Both the position numbers and the translations under genes were made by a program. A model generated the notes under the pieces. That model worked only from the letters and a program-made list of their open reading frames with translations, did no database searches and was not told where the DNA came from. From assembly GCA_046290465.1 (NCBI GenBank), contig JBKAGP010000001.1, positions 5,728,001 through 5,792,000 of the forward strand: 64,000 nucleotides of DNA, read 5' to 3'. Source of the DNA: Planctomycetota bacterium (GTDB taxonomy: Bacteria > Planctomycetota > UBA1135 > UBA2386). Below are positions 9,441-18,829 of the stretch, one piece after another (position 1 is the first letter of the stretch; each line of letters starts with the position of its first letter).

Positions 9441-12400
9441 TCAGCGCGCGCGGCTCGGCAGGTGGCGCGCCAGCGCCTCGGCCAGTGCGCGCGCGTCGAC
9501 CGGCTTGGCCAGCACCTGGAAGCCGAGGCGGGTGATGTCGGTGTGGGCCTTGCGGCCGTCCATGTAGCCGCTGACGAACAGGACCGGCAGCTCCGGGACC
9601 TGGGCGCGCAGCGCCTCGACCAGCGCCGCGCCCTGCAGGCCGGGCATCACCACGTCGCTGACCACCAGATCGACCCGCAGGCCGTTGGCCAGCGCCGCGA
9701 TCGCGCGGTCGCCGTCGTCGGCGGTCTCGACGGTGCAACCGAGCTGCAGCAGCTGTCGTCGCAGCACCTCGCGCACCGGTGCCTGGTCCTCGATCAGCAG
9801 CACGGTGCCGGTCACGGCGTCCGGAGGCGGCGCGACCACGGCGTCGACGGTGGGGGCCTCGGCGGCGCGCGGCAGCAGCACGCGCACGCAGGTGCCGCGG
9901 CCGACCTCCGACTCGATCTCGACGTCGCCGCCGAGCTGCCTGGCGATGCCGAACACGGTCGCGAGGCCGAGTCCGCGGCCGATGCCCTCGCTGTCCTTGG
10001 TGGTGTAGAACGGCTCGAACGCCTTCTGCCGCACCTCGTCGGGCATGCCGGCGCCGTCGTCGCGCACGGCGAGCGCGATCCGGTCGTGCTCGACGGCGAT
10101 CGAGATCGTGACCGTGCCGGCACCTTCGATCGCATCGCGTGCGTTGGCCGTCAGGTTGATCAGGATCTGCTCGATCTGGGTGACGGCGCCGCGCACCACG
10201 GCGCGTTCGTCGGCGACGTCGAGTCGCAGCGCGGTGTCCTCGCCGAGCAGCGGCCGCAGCACCGGTTCGAGTTCGGCCAACACGTCCTGCAGCACCAGCG
10301 GTTCGGGGCGCACGACCTGGCGGCTGGCGACCGCGAGCAGGTGTTGGGTCAGCGACCGGCCGCGCGTCGATGCGGCGACGATGTTGCGCACCAGCTCCAG
10401 CGCCGGTTCGGACTCGACTTCGTATTCGAGCAGCTCGCCCGAGCCGAGCGTGACGGTCAGCAGGTTGTTGAAGTCGTGCGCGACGCCACCTGCGAGCTTG
10501 CCGATCGCCTCGGACAGGCGCAGGTCGTTCAGTTCGCGCTCGAGCCGCTGTCGCTCCTCGCCCTCGCGTTCGCTCAGTTCGAGCAGCTCGCGCAGTTCCT
10601 TGGTGCGCTCGGCGACGCGCTCCTCGAGCCGGTCGCGCGACTCGACCAGCTCGCGGGTGCGGCCGTCGACCAGCGCCTGCAGGTCGGCGGCGCGGCGCCG
10701 TTCGTGCGACGAGAACCCGCGCACCAGCAGCCAGATCAGGCCAGCGGCCAGCAGGCCGGCCGTGACCCAGAATGGCGTCGTCTCCCACAGCCGTTGGGGC
10801 AGCGTGAACGACACCCGCAGCGGCGTCGAACTGCTGGTGCCGTCGACGTCGACCGCGACCGCCTCGACGCAGATCTCGCCGGACGGCAGGCCGTCGAGGC
10901 GCACCTCGGGGTCGTGACTCGGCGCGCTCCAATCCGGACGGATGCCGGGCGCCCGCCACCGGAAGCGCACCGCGCGGTGGTCGTCGAACGCGTTGACGCC
11001 GAGGCGCAGCGACAGGCTGCGCGCTCCGGCGTCGGGAGCCGCGTGCTCGGGATGCGGCCAGTCGGTTTCGCCGATGACCAGATGCTGCACGTACGGCTGC
11101 AGGTCGCGCGGCCGCGGCTGCAGCCACTCGGGGGCGAACTCGTACAGACCGTGCACCCCGCACACCCAGTAGTGGCCGTTGCCGTCGACGCTCAGGGTTC
11201 GCTGTTGGCCGCCGTTGCACTCCGCCACCAGGCTGCCTTCGGCGCGCAGCGTGCGGCACGCGAGGCTCGGCAGGCGGCCGGCGGCGACCTCGAGCAGGTC
11301 GCGCCGCGCGACCACGAAGCAGCCCCGGTTGGCGGCCACCAGCATCGCATCGCCGAACGGCGCGAGGCCGCACAGCGACTGGTCGGGCAGGCCGTGGCGT
11401 TCGTCGACGGCGCGGCAGGAGCCGTCGGCGATGCGCAGGATGCCGCCGCCGTACGACGCGACCCAGGCGTTGTCGCCCGCCTCGGGCACGATCGATCGCA
11501 CCTCGCCGACCGGCAGTTCGTCACCGCAGCTCCAGACGCGCAGCTGCCGGTGGTCGGGGGCGACCCGCACGAGCGACTTGGGGCCGCCGAGCCAGACGGC
11601 GCCGTCCGGCGCCGCGACCGCGCGGGTCAGCGCCCCGAGGCGCAGTCCGTCGATGATGCGCAGCACGCGGGCGCCGTCGTCGTCGATCTCGAGGATGGCG
11701 CGGAACCCGAACGCCCACAGCCGGCCGTCCGGCAACTCGACCATCGTGCGCAGCTGGCCGAACGCGGGCAGCTTGCGCTGCTGGTCGGGCGCCTGGACCA
11801 GTGGGAACGGCACCGGACCGCCGTCCTTCAGGATGCACAGCTCGCCGTTGCTCGCCAGCCAGACGCGACCGCGCGAGTCCTTGAGCAGCAGCGAGAGGCG
11901 TCGCGCCGGACTGACCTGCGCGAAGCCGTTCGGTGTGCGCCGCATCAGGCCGCTGCGCGACGTCACCAGCAGGGTGTCGTCGTGGTCGGTGACGACCGTC
12001 GTCAGCCGCTCCGACGGCAGGCCCTCGGCCAGCGCGTGCACGCGCACACAGGCGCGCCGCAGCCGCGCCAGCCCGAAGCGCTCGAACCCGACCCAGATGC
12101 CGCCCTCGGGATCCTCGCACAGGCACATGGCGAGGTCGTCGGGCAGCGAGAGGTAGGTCTGCGCGACGCAGCCTTCGCCGGCGATCGCGCGCTCGAGCAG
12201 CTCGGGGGCGACGTAGCCGACGCCGTTGGCGCCGGCGATCCACAGGCCGCCCTCGCGGTCGCACAGCAGGTCGCGCGGCAGTCCCGGCTCGAGGCCGAGC
12301 GGCAGCCAGCGCGTGGTCCCGTCGCGGTGGATGCCGACGCCGCGCCGCGCCAGCACCATCACGTCGTCGCCGCGACGGGCCATCGCGACGATGCCCGCGG

Positions 12401-13040
12401 TGCTGACGCGCTCGACGTCGTGCTCCCGGATCCGCAACAAGCCGGTCTCGGAGGCGGCGTAGACGGCGTCGCCGACGGGCAGGAAATCGAAGCAGCGCGC
12501 GCGCGTGTCGCCCAGGCGCTCGAGGGCGCCGTCACGTTCGCCGAACAGACCTTCCGAGCACGAGACCAGCGCGTGGCCGGCGGCGTCCGCGCCGATCTCG
12601 AACACGCCGCCGTAGTCGTTGCCGTCGGCGAGCGGGCGCCAGGCGCCGTCGACCAGTCGTGCGATGCCGTGGCCGGCGGTGCCGATCCACAGCGTGCCGT
12701 CGCGGTCCTCGTGCAGCGTGCGGATGCGGTTGCTCGGCATGCCCGGCGCGGTGACGGGGTCGAGCACGCGGATCCGTTCGCCGTCGAACTTGCACAGGCC
12801 GCCGAACGTCGCGATCCACAGCTGCCCGTCGGAGCCGATCATCAGTTCGGTGACGGTCGACTGTGGCAGGCCGTCGTCGATCTGCCACTGCTGCACGCGA
12901 AAGCCGGGGCGATCGGTTTGCTGGGCGGGGAGGCTGGGCAGGCAACACGCCATCGCCAGCAGCGCGGCGACGACGCGGCGCCGACCAACCGCACGCCGGG
13001 GCGCGCGCTCGGACGGGGCAGGAGACATGGGCGCGCGCAT
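9441..13040 (-). CDS. Hybrid sensor kinase with periplasmic two-component beta-propeller (Reg_prop/Y_Y_Y) domain
   Basis: DGLPQSTV...DGQLWIATFGGL, DRDGTLWIGT repeats; TM helix; AGGVAHDFNNLL; FEPFYTTK; GLGLATVFGI; C-terminal REC. Confidence 0.92.
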   Translation of the reverse strand: MRAPMSPAPSERAPRRAVGRRRVVAALLAMACCLPSLPAQQTDRPGFRVQQWQIDDGLPQSTVTELMIGSDGQLWIATFGGLCKFDGERIRVLDPVTAPGMPSNRIRTLHEDRDGTLWIGTAGHGIARLVDGAWRPLADGNDYGGVFEIGADAAGHALVSCSEGLFGERDGALERLGDTRARCFDFLPVGDAVYAASETGLLRIREHDVERVSTAGIVAMARRGDDVMVLARRGVGIHRDGTTRWLPLGLEPGLPRDLLCDREGGLWIAGANGVGYVAPELLERAIAGEGCVAQTYLSLPDDLAMCLCEDPEGGIWVGFERFGLARLRRACVRVHALAEGLPSERLTTVVTDHDDTLLVTSRSGLMRRTPNGFAQVSPARRLSLLLKDSRGRVWLASNGELCILKDGGPVPFPLVQAPDQQRKLPAFGQLRTMVELPDGRLWAFGFRAILEIDDDGARVLRIIDGLRLGALTRAVAAPDGAVWLGGPKSLVRVAPDHRQLRVWSCGDELPVGEVRSIVPEAGDNAWVASYGGGILRIADGSCRAVDERHGLPDQSLCGLAPFGDAMLVAANRGCFVVARRDLLEVAAGRLPSLACRTLRAEGSLVAECNGGQQRTLSVDGNGHYWVCGVHGLYEFAPEWLQPRPRDLQPYVQHLVIGETDWPHPEHAAPDAGARSLSLRLGVNAFDDHRAVRFRWRAPGIRPDWSAPSHDPEVRLDGLPSGEICVEAVAVDVDGTSSSTPLRVSFTLPQRLWETTPFWVTAGLLAAGLIWLLVRGFSSHERRRAADLQALVDGRTRELVESRDRLEERVAERTKELRELLELSEREGEERQRLERELNDLRLSEAIGKLAGGVAHDFNNLLTVTLGSGELLEYEVESEPALELVRNIVAASTRGRSLTQHLLAVASRQVVRPEPLVLQDVLAELEPVLRPLLGEDTALRLDVADERAVVRGAVTQIEQILINLTANARDAIEGAGTVTISIAVEHDRIALAVRDDGAGMPDEVRQKAFEPFYTTKDSEGIGRGLGLATVFGIARQLGGDVEIESEVGRGTCVRVLLPRAAEAPTVDAVVAPPPDAVTGTVLLIEDQAPVREVLRRQLLQLGCTVETADDGDRAIAALANGLRVDLVVSDVVMPGLQGAALVEALRAQVPELPVLFVSGYMDGRKAHTDITRLGFQVLAKPVDARALAEALARHLPSRAR

Positions 13041-13092
13041 GATAGCGCGGTTCGCGATCCGGCGCCGTCGGTTGCAGTCGTGCGACTACGAA

Positions 13093-13614
13093 CTAGATCG
13101 CATCGGGGGCGGCCGCGTCGCGGCGCGGCAGCAGCCACTCGAGCCAGACCACGAACAGCACCAGCACCAGCACGACCATCAGCGGCTGCCAGACGTAGAC
13201 GTGCACCAGGTCGAACGCGTCGGGTGCGTGGCGCTGCACGAACCAGAGCGTGACCAGGCGTAGCTGGTTCAGCAGGAGTACGGCAGGCAGCATCAGCAGC
13301 ACGCCGAACAGCTTGGCACGCAGGCCGGTCGGGAACGCCAGCATGCCGCTGACCAGCAGCACCGCGGGGAACACGGCGGTGCACTCGCCGACGATCTCGA
13401 AGCGCGTCGCCGGCCCGCGGATCAGCGCGCCGTGCACGGTCACGTCCTGGCCGATCGCGGCGAGCAGCCAGCCGCCGACCTGCGCGGTCGGTTCCAGCAC
13501 GGCGTCGTCGAGCAGGCTGACGAGGTAGTAGAGCGTGACGATCAGCACGACGAACACGACGCCGGCTTGCACGAGCCCGTAGCGCGGGCAGCGGGTGGGG
13601 GTGGGTTCGGTCAT
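13093..13614 (-). CDS. xrtH: Exosortase/archaeosortase family transpeptidase (exosortase H-like)
   Basis: Multi-TM protein with the Cys-Arg-His triad in family contexts: EIVGECTAV, LLNQLRLVTL, FDLVHVYVWQ. Confidence 0.85.
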   Translation of the reverse strand: MTEPTPTRCPRYGLVQAGVVFVVLIVTLYYLVSLLDDAVLEPTAQVGGWLLAAIGQDVTVHGALIRGPATRFEIVGECTAVFPAVLLVSGMLAFPTGLRAKLFGVLLMLPAVLLLNQLRLVTLWFVQRHAPDAFDLVHVYVWQPLMVVLVLVLFVVWLEWLLPRRDAAAPDAI

Positions 13615-13618
13615 CGTC

Positions 13619-14341
13619 TCAGGCGGCGCCGCAGCACTTCTTGAACTTGCGGCCGGAGCCGCACGGGCAGGGCGCGTTGCGCGGTGCAGTGGCCGCGTGG
13701 CGGGGCGTAGCCGCGTTGCTTGCGTTCGCGGTCGGGGCGGCTGCACGAATCGGCGCGGCCGGCCGCGCACCGGCCTCGCGGCGTGCGCGCAGCAGCGGGC
13801 GCACCGCGAACCCGTACCAGATTGGCAGCGGCAGCAGCAGGCCGGCGTAGTTGCAGGTGGTCTGCACGAACGCGACCAGCGTTGAGTCCCGGCCGATCAG
13901 GGTCTGGTAGGCGGCATAGCTGGCGAGCGTGACCTGCACGATCTGCGCGACCAGCAGCACCACGGCGGCGAGCAGCAGCGCGCCGAGGCGGCGCGGCAGC
14001 CGCAGCGGCGTCGCCAGCACCAGCGCCGGCAGGAACACCGAGCCGACCAGCAGCACGTCGAGCGCCTCGCGCGTGATCGACACGCTGTGCGCGCGCTGCA
14101 CGCCGCCGAGGATCGGTTCGGTCTTGCCGGCCGGCACCAGCACCAGGCCGAGCTGCTGGTCGATGCGGTAGAAGATCTCGCAGACGAACTCGAGGATCGT
14201 CGCGTGGTGCGCCTCGCGCAGCAGCAGCCAGTAGGCGACGGCCGTCGGCACGAGCACCAGCACGAACACCGCGAGCGCGCGCAGGATCGCGCGCAGGCTC
14301 CGGTGCGGTGCGTTCGCGGGCGCTTGGTCGGCCGTGGTCAC
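13619..14341 (-). CDS. Exosortase-associated membrane protein with C-terminal SEC-C motif
   Basis: Several TM helices; ALVLATP segment parallels the exosortase GMLAFP; ends RNAPCPCGSGRKFKKCCG; 4 bp upstream of the exosortase. Confidence 0.8.
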   Translation of the reverse strand: MTTADQAPANAPHRSLRAILRALAVFVLVLVPTAVAYWLLLREAHHATILEFVCEIFYRIDQQLGLVLVPAGKTEPILGGVQRAHSVSITREALDVLLVGSVFLPALVLATPLRLPRRLGALLLAAVVLLVAQIVQVTLASYAAYQTLIGRDSTLVAFVQTTCNYAGLLLPLPIWYGFAVRPLLRARREAGARPAAPIRAAAPTANASNAATPRHAATAPRNAPCPCGSGRKFKKCCGAA

Positions 14342-14414
14342 GGAGCAACAGGCTCGCGAACGGATCGGTTCGAGTCAAACGCGACCGCCGGTGCGGCCGC
14401 GTCGACGAACCCGA

Positions 14415-15200
14415 TCAGGCCAGGCGGCGGCGGGCGACGAACGCGCCGATGCCGGCCAGCAGCAGGCCGAGGATGCCGGCGGTCAGCGGGCCCGAGGCCG
14501 GCACCGACTGGGTCGGCTGGGTCGAACCGGCGACGTCGTCGAACGACTTGCCGACGACGACGTCGTCGATGTCGATGAAGCCGGTGTGGTCGTTGGACTG
14601 GCGCAGCGCGAACTGCTCCAGGATGTCCGCCGTGGCGCCGCCGGTGTGCGAGATCGAGGTGCTGGCGGCGCTGCTCGGGTCGACCCAGAGCTTGGACTCG
14701 CCGGTGGCGGCGTCCCAGCTGATGACGATCTTGTAGTTGGTGTCGAACGACAGGTCGTTCGCCCAGATGGCGCCGCCGCCGATCGACGAGCTGTCGGCGT
14801 TGATGCCGAGGCCGAAGTCGCCGGTGGCGGCCGGCGTCAGCAGGCCGGTGCGGGCGCGGAACGCAAACGCGGCGTCCTTGAAGTGCGCGAAGTAGCTGCC
14901 GTTGTTGTCCGGGTTGACGGGGTTGCCCGACGGCACGTTGAGCGTGAACGACGCGTAGGTGACGTCGGTGGCCGTCTGCGCGGCGAACGGCAGGTTGACG
15001 TCTTCGCCCGAGCCGCTGCTGAAGTCGAGCGTGGCGACCGAGCCGTTGGCGTTGACGACCTTGTTGCCGGCGCCGCTGTGGGCGGCCCAGCCGTTGGCCG
15101 TCAGGGCACCGGTGTAGCCGAAGTCGTCGCTGGTCAGGACCTGGGCCGAGGCGGCCGAGGCGAACGCGAGGGCGCAAGCGAAGGTGAGGGAGGTCTTCAT
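14415..15200 (-). CDS. Exported protein with IPTL-CTERM-like sorting signal (putative exosortase substrate)
   Basis: Signal MKTSLTFACALAFASAASA|Q; beta-sandwich body; Thr/Gln/Pro linker, then VPASGPLTAGILGLLLAGIGAFVARRRLA (motif + TM + Arg cluster). Confidence 0.85.
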   Translation of the reverse strand: MKTSLTFACALAFASAASAQVLTSDDFGYTGALTANGWAAHSGAGNKVVNANGSVATLDFSSGSGEDVNLPFAAQTATDVTYASFTLNVPSGNPVNPDNNGSYFAHFKDAAFAFRARTGLLTPAATGDFGLGINADSSSIGGGAIWANDLSFDTNYKIVISWDAATGESKLWVDPSSAASTSISHTGGATADILEQFALRQSNDHTGFIDIDDVVVGKSFDDVAGSTQPTQSVPASGPLTAGILGLLLAGIGAFVARRRLA

Positions 15201-15380
15201 GGGATGTCGTAGATTCTGGGGGTGGTGTATCGGGTCAGTCTGCTGCAGCAGGAGGGCGGAGTGTGGGGTCTCGGCGGCCGAGCCGTCCATACGTGACCGA
15301 GCTCTTGCCCTGGTCTTGTCGGTTCGCTCACGGATTGCGGGGGTTGGTTTCATCCGGTTGCCCGAACTAGGTTTGCAACC

Positions 15381-15662
15381 ATGGTCAAAGCAACCTGCAA
15401 CGGCGTGGTCGTCGCCGAGAGCGACGCCACCGTGGTCGTCGAGGGCAACCACTACTTCCCGGTCGAGGCGGTGCGGGCGGACTGCCTGCAGCCGAGCGAC
15501 ACGACGTCGTTCTGTCCGTGGAAGGGCACCGCCAGCTACCACCACGTCGTCGTCGACGGGGTCGTCAGCAAGGACGCGGCCTGGTACTACCCCGAGCCCA
15601 AGGAGGCGGCGGCCGAGATCCGCGGCCGCATCGCGTTCTGGAAGGACGTGGTCGTCGGCTAG
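15381..15662 (+). CDS. DUF427 domain protein
   Basis: VVVEGNHYFP...CPWKGTASY...DAAWYYPEPKEAAAEIRGRIAFWK. Confidence 0.92.
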   Translation: MVKATCNGVVVAESDATVVVEGNHYFPVEAVRADCLQPSDTTSFCPWKGTASYHHVVVDGVVSKDAAWYYPEPKEAAAEIRGRIAFWKDVVVG

Positions 15663-15733
15663 ATGTCGGTCCTGAATCGGGGTTGGCCGGCGGCGGATCC
15701 GGTTCACTGGGCGGTATGGTCGATGGCCTTCGC

Positions 15734-17095
15734 ATGTCTGAGTCCAAGCCCCACGTGGTCGTCGTCGGCGGTGGCTTTGCCGGCCTGATGGCGGTGCGCG
15801 CGCTGCGCCGCGAGCCGGTGCGCGTCACGCTCGTCGACCGGCGCAACCACCACCTGTTCCAGCCGCTGCTCTACCAGGTCGCGACCGCCGCGCTCAATCC
15901 GGGCGACATCGCCTATCCGATCCGTTCGGTGCTGCGCACGCAGCCGAACGCGCGCACGCTGCTCGGCACGGTGCGCGATATCGACACGGCCGGCAGCCAG
16001 CTGCTGCTGCGCGACGAGGTGCTCGACTACGACTACCTGCTGCTCGCGACCGGCGCGACCCACAGCTACTTCGGCAAGGACCAGTGGGAGGCGTGGGCGC
16101 CGGGACTCAAGACGATCGAGGACGCGCTGGAGATCCGGCGGCGGGTGCTGTCGGCGTTCGAGGCGGCCGAGCGCATCGGCCACGGCGACCCCGAACGGCT
16201 GCGCGCGACGCTGACCTTCGTGGTGGTCGGCGCCGGGCCGACCGGCGTCGAGCTCGCCGGCGCGCTGGCCGAGATCGGCCGGCTGACGGTGGCCAAGGAC
16301 TTCCGCACGTTCGACCCGACCAGCTTGCGGGTGGTGCTGGTCGAGGCGGCCGACCGCGTGCTGCCGCCCTACGTCGAGGTGCTGTCGCACAAGGCCAGGG
16401 CCCAGCTCGAGCAGCTCGGCGTCGAGGTGCGGCTCAACGCGCGCGTCACCAACATCGACGAGCATGGCGTCGAACTCGGCGACGAGCGCATCGCCGCGCG
16501 CACGGTGCTGTGGGGGGCGGGCGTCGCGGCGTCGCCGCTCGGCAAGGCGCTCGGCGCCGAGGTCGACCGCGCCGGCCGGGTGCTGGTCGGCGACGACCTG
16601 CGCGTGCCCGGCACCGACAACGTGTTCGTCGCCGGCGACCTGATGCACTTCGAACAGGACGGCAAGATGGTGCCCGGCGTCGCGCCGGCCGCGATCCAGG
16701 CCGGCCGCGCCGCAGCGCGCAACATCGCGGCGCTGGTGCGCGGCGACCAGACCCGGCCGTTCGTCTACCGCGACAAGGGTTCGCTGGCGACCATCGGTCG
16801 CGCCAAGGCGGTCGGCCAGATCGGCCGCATGGAGTTCTCCGGCTGGTTTGCCTGGTGGGTCTGGTGGGTCGTGCACATCGCCTACCTGGTCGGCTTCCGC
16901 AACCGCATCGCCGTGATGATGGGTTGGGCCTGGCAGTACTTCGCGTTCTCGCGCGGCGCCCGGCTGATCACCGGCCGCTGGTGGACCGGCGCGCAGGACG
17001 AGCAGGCATCGGCCGACGGTGCCGACCGCGGCCCGAACGGCGAACGGCCGGCCGGCGAGCACGAGCTGGTCTCGTCCGGCGAACGGCCGCGATGA
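15734..17095 (+). CDS. ndh: Type II NADH dehydrogenase (NAD(P)/FAD oxidoreductase)
   Basis: VVVVGGGFAGL, NHHLFQPLLYQVATA, VVVGAGPTGVELAG, PGVAPAAIQAG, YRDKGSLATIGR. Confidence 0.93.
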   Translation: MSESKPHVVVVGGGFAGLMAVRALRREPVRVTLVDRRNHHLFQPLLYQVATAALNPGDIAYPIRSVLRTQPNARTLLGTVRDIDTAGSQLLLRDEVLDYDYLLLATGATHSYFGKDQWEAWAPGLKTIEDALEIRRRVLSAFEAAERIGHGDPERLRATLTFVVVGAGPTGVELAGALAEIGRLTVAKDFRTFDPTSLRVVLVEAADRVLPPYVEVLSHKARAQLEQLGVEVRLNARVTNIDEHGVELGDERIAARTVLWGAGVAASPLGKALGAEVDRAGRVLVGDDLRVPGTDNVFVAGDLMHFEQDGKMVPGVAPAAIQAGRAAARNIAALVRGDQTRPFVYRDKGSLATIGRAKAVGQIGRMEFSGWFAWWVWWVVHIAYLVGFRNRIAVMMGWAWQYFAFSRGARLITGRWWTGAQDEQASADGADRGPNGERPAGEHELVSSGERPR

Positions 17096-17673
17096 AGGCC
17101 TGGCTGCCGCTGCTGTGCGTGTCGGCCGGCTGTTCGTCGATGGTGACGGCGCCGCTCGAGGTGGTCGATCCGGTCGAGGTGTTCGTGCTCGAGGAGGCAA
17201 TGCACACCGGCCTGGTGCTGCCGCCGGATCCGTCGGCGTCGGGCAGCCCCGAGCAGTACGTCGAGTTCGGCTACGGCGACTGGAGCTGGTATGCGCGCGG
17301 CAACGACGCCTGGTACGACGTGTTCGCGACGGTGCTGTGGCCGACCCGCGGCACGCTCGGCAGGCGCACCTTCGGCGCGCGCACGCCGACCGAGCTGCGG
17401 CGCCGTGCCCACTGGGCCAGGCTGTCGTCGATCGTCGTCGAGCGCGAGCAAGCCGCGGCGCTGCGCGTGGCGCTGCAGCGGCGGTTCGATGCCCGCCGCA
17501 AGCAGGTCGTGGTCGACCGGCGGCTCGGGTTCAAGTTCGTGCCGACCGACGGCGCCTACTGGCTGCCGCACAACTGCGCCGACGTGGTGGCGGACTGGCT
17601 CGAACGGCTCGGCTGCGAGGTCGGCTGGGCGCCGTTGCGCGTCGGCGTCTACGTGCCCGAACCATCGGGGTAG
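17092..17673 (+). CDS. DUF2459-like lipoprotein
   Basis: Lipobox-like SAGC; MHTGLVLP, YVEFGYGDWSWY, YWLPHNCADVVA; ATGA overlap with ndh. Confidence 0.7.
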   Translation: MKAWLPLLCVSAGCSSMVTAPLEVVDPVEVFVLEEAMHTGLVLPPDPSASGSPEQYVEFGYGDWSWYARGNDAWYDVFATVLWPTRGTLGRRTFGARTPTELRRRAHWARLSSIVVEREQAAALRVALQRRFDARRKQVVVDRRLGFKFVPTDGAYWLPHNCADVVADWLERLGCEVGWAPLRVGVYVPEPSG

Positions 17674-18782
17674 CGACGCTCGACCTCGTCGACGATGCGC
17701 TCGTGCATGCGATGCATGTCGACCGTCTCGGTGTAGCGCAGCGCAGCGCGGCGCAGCTGGTCGCGGTCGCTCGCCATCAGCATCGCCAGCGGTTCGGCGA
17801 GCGGCGCACGCTCGCTCCCGATCGCTGCGTCCATGACGACCCTGCCGGCCCCGGACGCCTCGACGTGCGTCGCGTAGCCGCAGCCGTCGGTGCACAGCAC
17901 CGGCAGGCCGGCGACCAGCGCCTCTGCGATCGCGGTGCCGGTGTTGTCGCGTCGGGCCGGGTGCACCAGCAGGTCCGCCGCCTGCAGCAGGTCCGGCACG
18001 TCGTCGCGACCCGGCAGCAGCGTGCAGCGCTGCTGCAGCCCACGGCGTGCGATCGCCCGGGTCCACCGCCTTGACGGTCCCTCGCCGACGGCCAGCAGGT
18101 GCACCTCGTCCCGCGCGCCGGCGGGCAGCGCCCGCATCGCGTCGAGCACGCGCATCAGCCCCTTCAGCCGGTAGTTCGACGCCAGCATCAGCAGCACGCA
18201 GGTGTCGTCGGCGAACCCGAACGTGCCGCGGCAGCGAGCGCGCCGTTCGGCCGCGTCGGGCCCGGCCCGGCGGTCGCGCGCGACCCCGGGCGGCAGCAGC
18301 GTGAACCGATGGTCCGGCGTGCCGTAGGCCTGCTGGTAGGGACGGCGTTCGCGTTCGCTGAGCAGCAGCACGTGGGCGCCGCCGTCGCCGAAGACGCCCT
18401 GCTCGAGCGCGCGGAACGTGCGGTGGCGCGGCGTCAGCCGGTACGGCCACGGTCGCTGCGCCGTTCGGTCGACGAAGCAGACGTCGGCGGCGAAGTAGAG
18501 GTCGAGTCCCGGCATCTTGTCGAACCCGATGACGACGTCGACGCGCTGCCGGGCGCGGCGCGCGGCGAACGCGGTGGCAAACCTGCGCGCGCGGCCGTGG
18601 TTGCTGGTGCCGCCGACGTCGAGGACCTCGATGTCGAGGCCCTCCGGGCGTTCGCCGGCCAGCGCGTGGCAGAACACCTGCACCGTGTGGCCGCGCCGCT
18701 GCAGCGCGCGCGCCGTCGCCACCAGGTCGCGCTGCATGCCGCCGTGCGGGAAGTAGCGGAACAGCGTGAGGGCGACGTTCAT
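17649..18782 (-). CDS. GT4 glycosyltransferase, WaaG/RfaG-like
   Basis: LFRYFPHGGMQRD, GFDKMPGLDLYFAAD, ADLLVHPARRDNTGTAIAEALVAGLPV closely parallel LPS core glucosyltransferase WaaG. Confidence 0.88.
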   Translation of the reverse strand: MNVALTLFRYFPHGGMQRDLVATARALQRRGHTVQVFCHALAGERPEGLDIEVLDVGGTSNHGRARRFATAFAARRARQRVDVVIGFDKMPGLDLYFAADVCFVDRTAQRPWPYRLTPRHRTFRALEQGVFGDGGAHVLLLSERERRPYQQAYGTPDHRFTLLPPGVARDRRAGPDAAERRARCRGTFGFADDTCVLLMLASNYRLKGLMRVLDAMRALPAGARDEVHLLAVGEGPSRRWTRAIARRGLQQRCTLLPGRDDVPDLLQAADLLVHPARRDNTGTAIAEALVAGLPVLCTDGCGYATHVEASGAGRVVMDAAIGSERAPLAEPLAMLMASDRDQLRRAALRYTETVDMHRMHERIVDEVERRYPDGSGT

Positions 18783-18829
18783 GGGGCTCGGGACTGCGAG
18801 CATAGCGTCGTCGTGGCTATCGTTCGCGC

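Noticed and set aside
7354..13253. Very long ORFs (1339 aa at 7354..11373 -, 1692 aa at 8175..13253 +) and many similar Arg/Ala/Pro-rich ORFs across the window
   Set aside because: These are shadow frames of real genes in very GC-rich DNA. They have no motifs, low-complexity composition, and full overlap with well-supported kinases.
13619..13680. secA gene fragment
   Set aside because: Only the SEC-C motif is present, fused to a membrane protein, with no SecA ATPase motifs.
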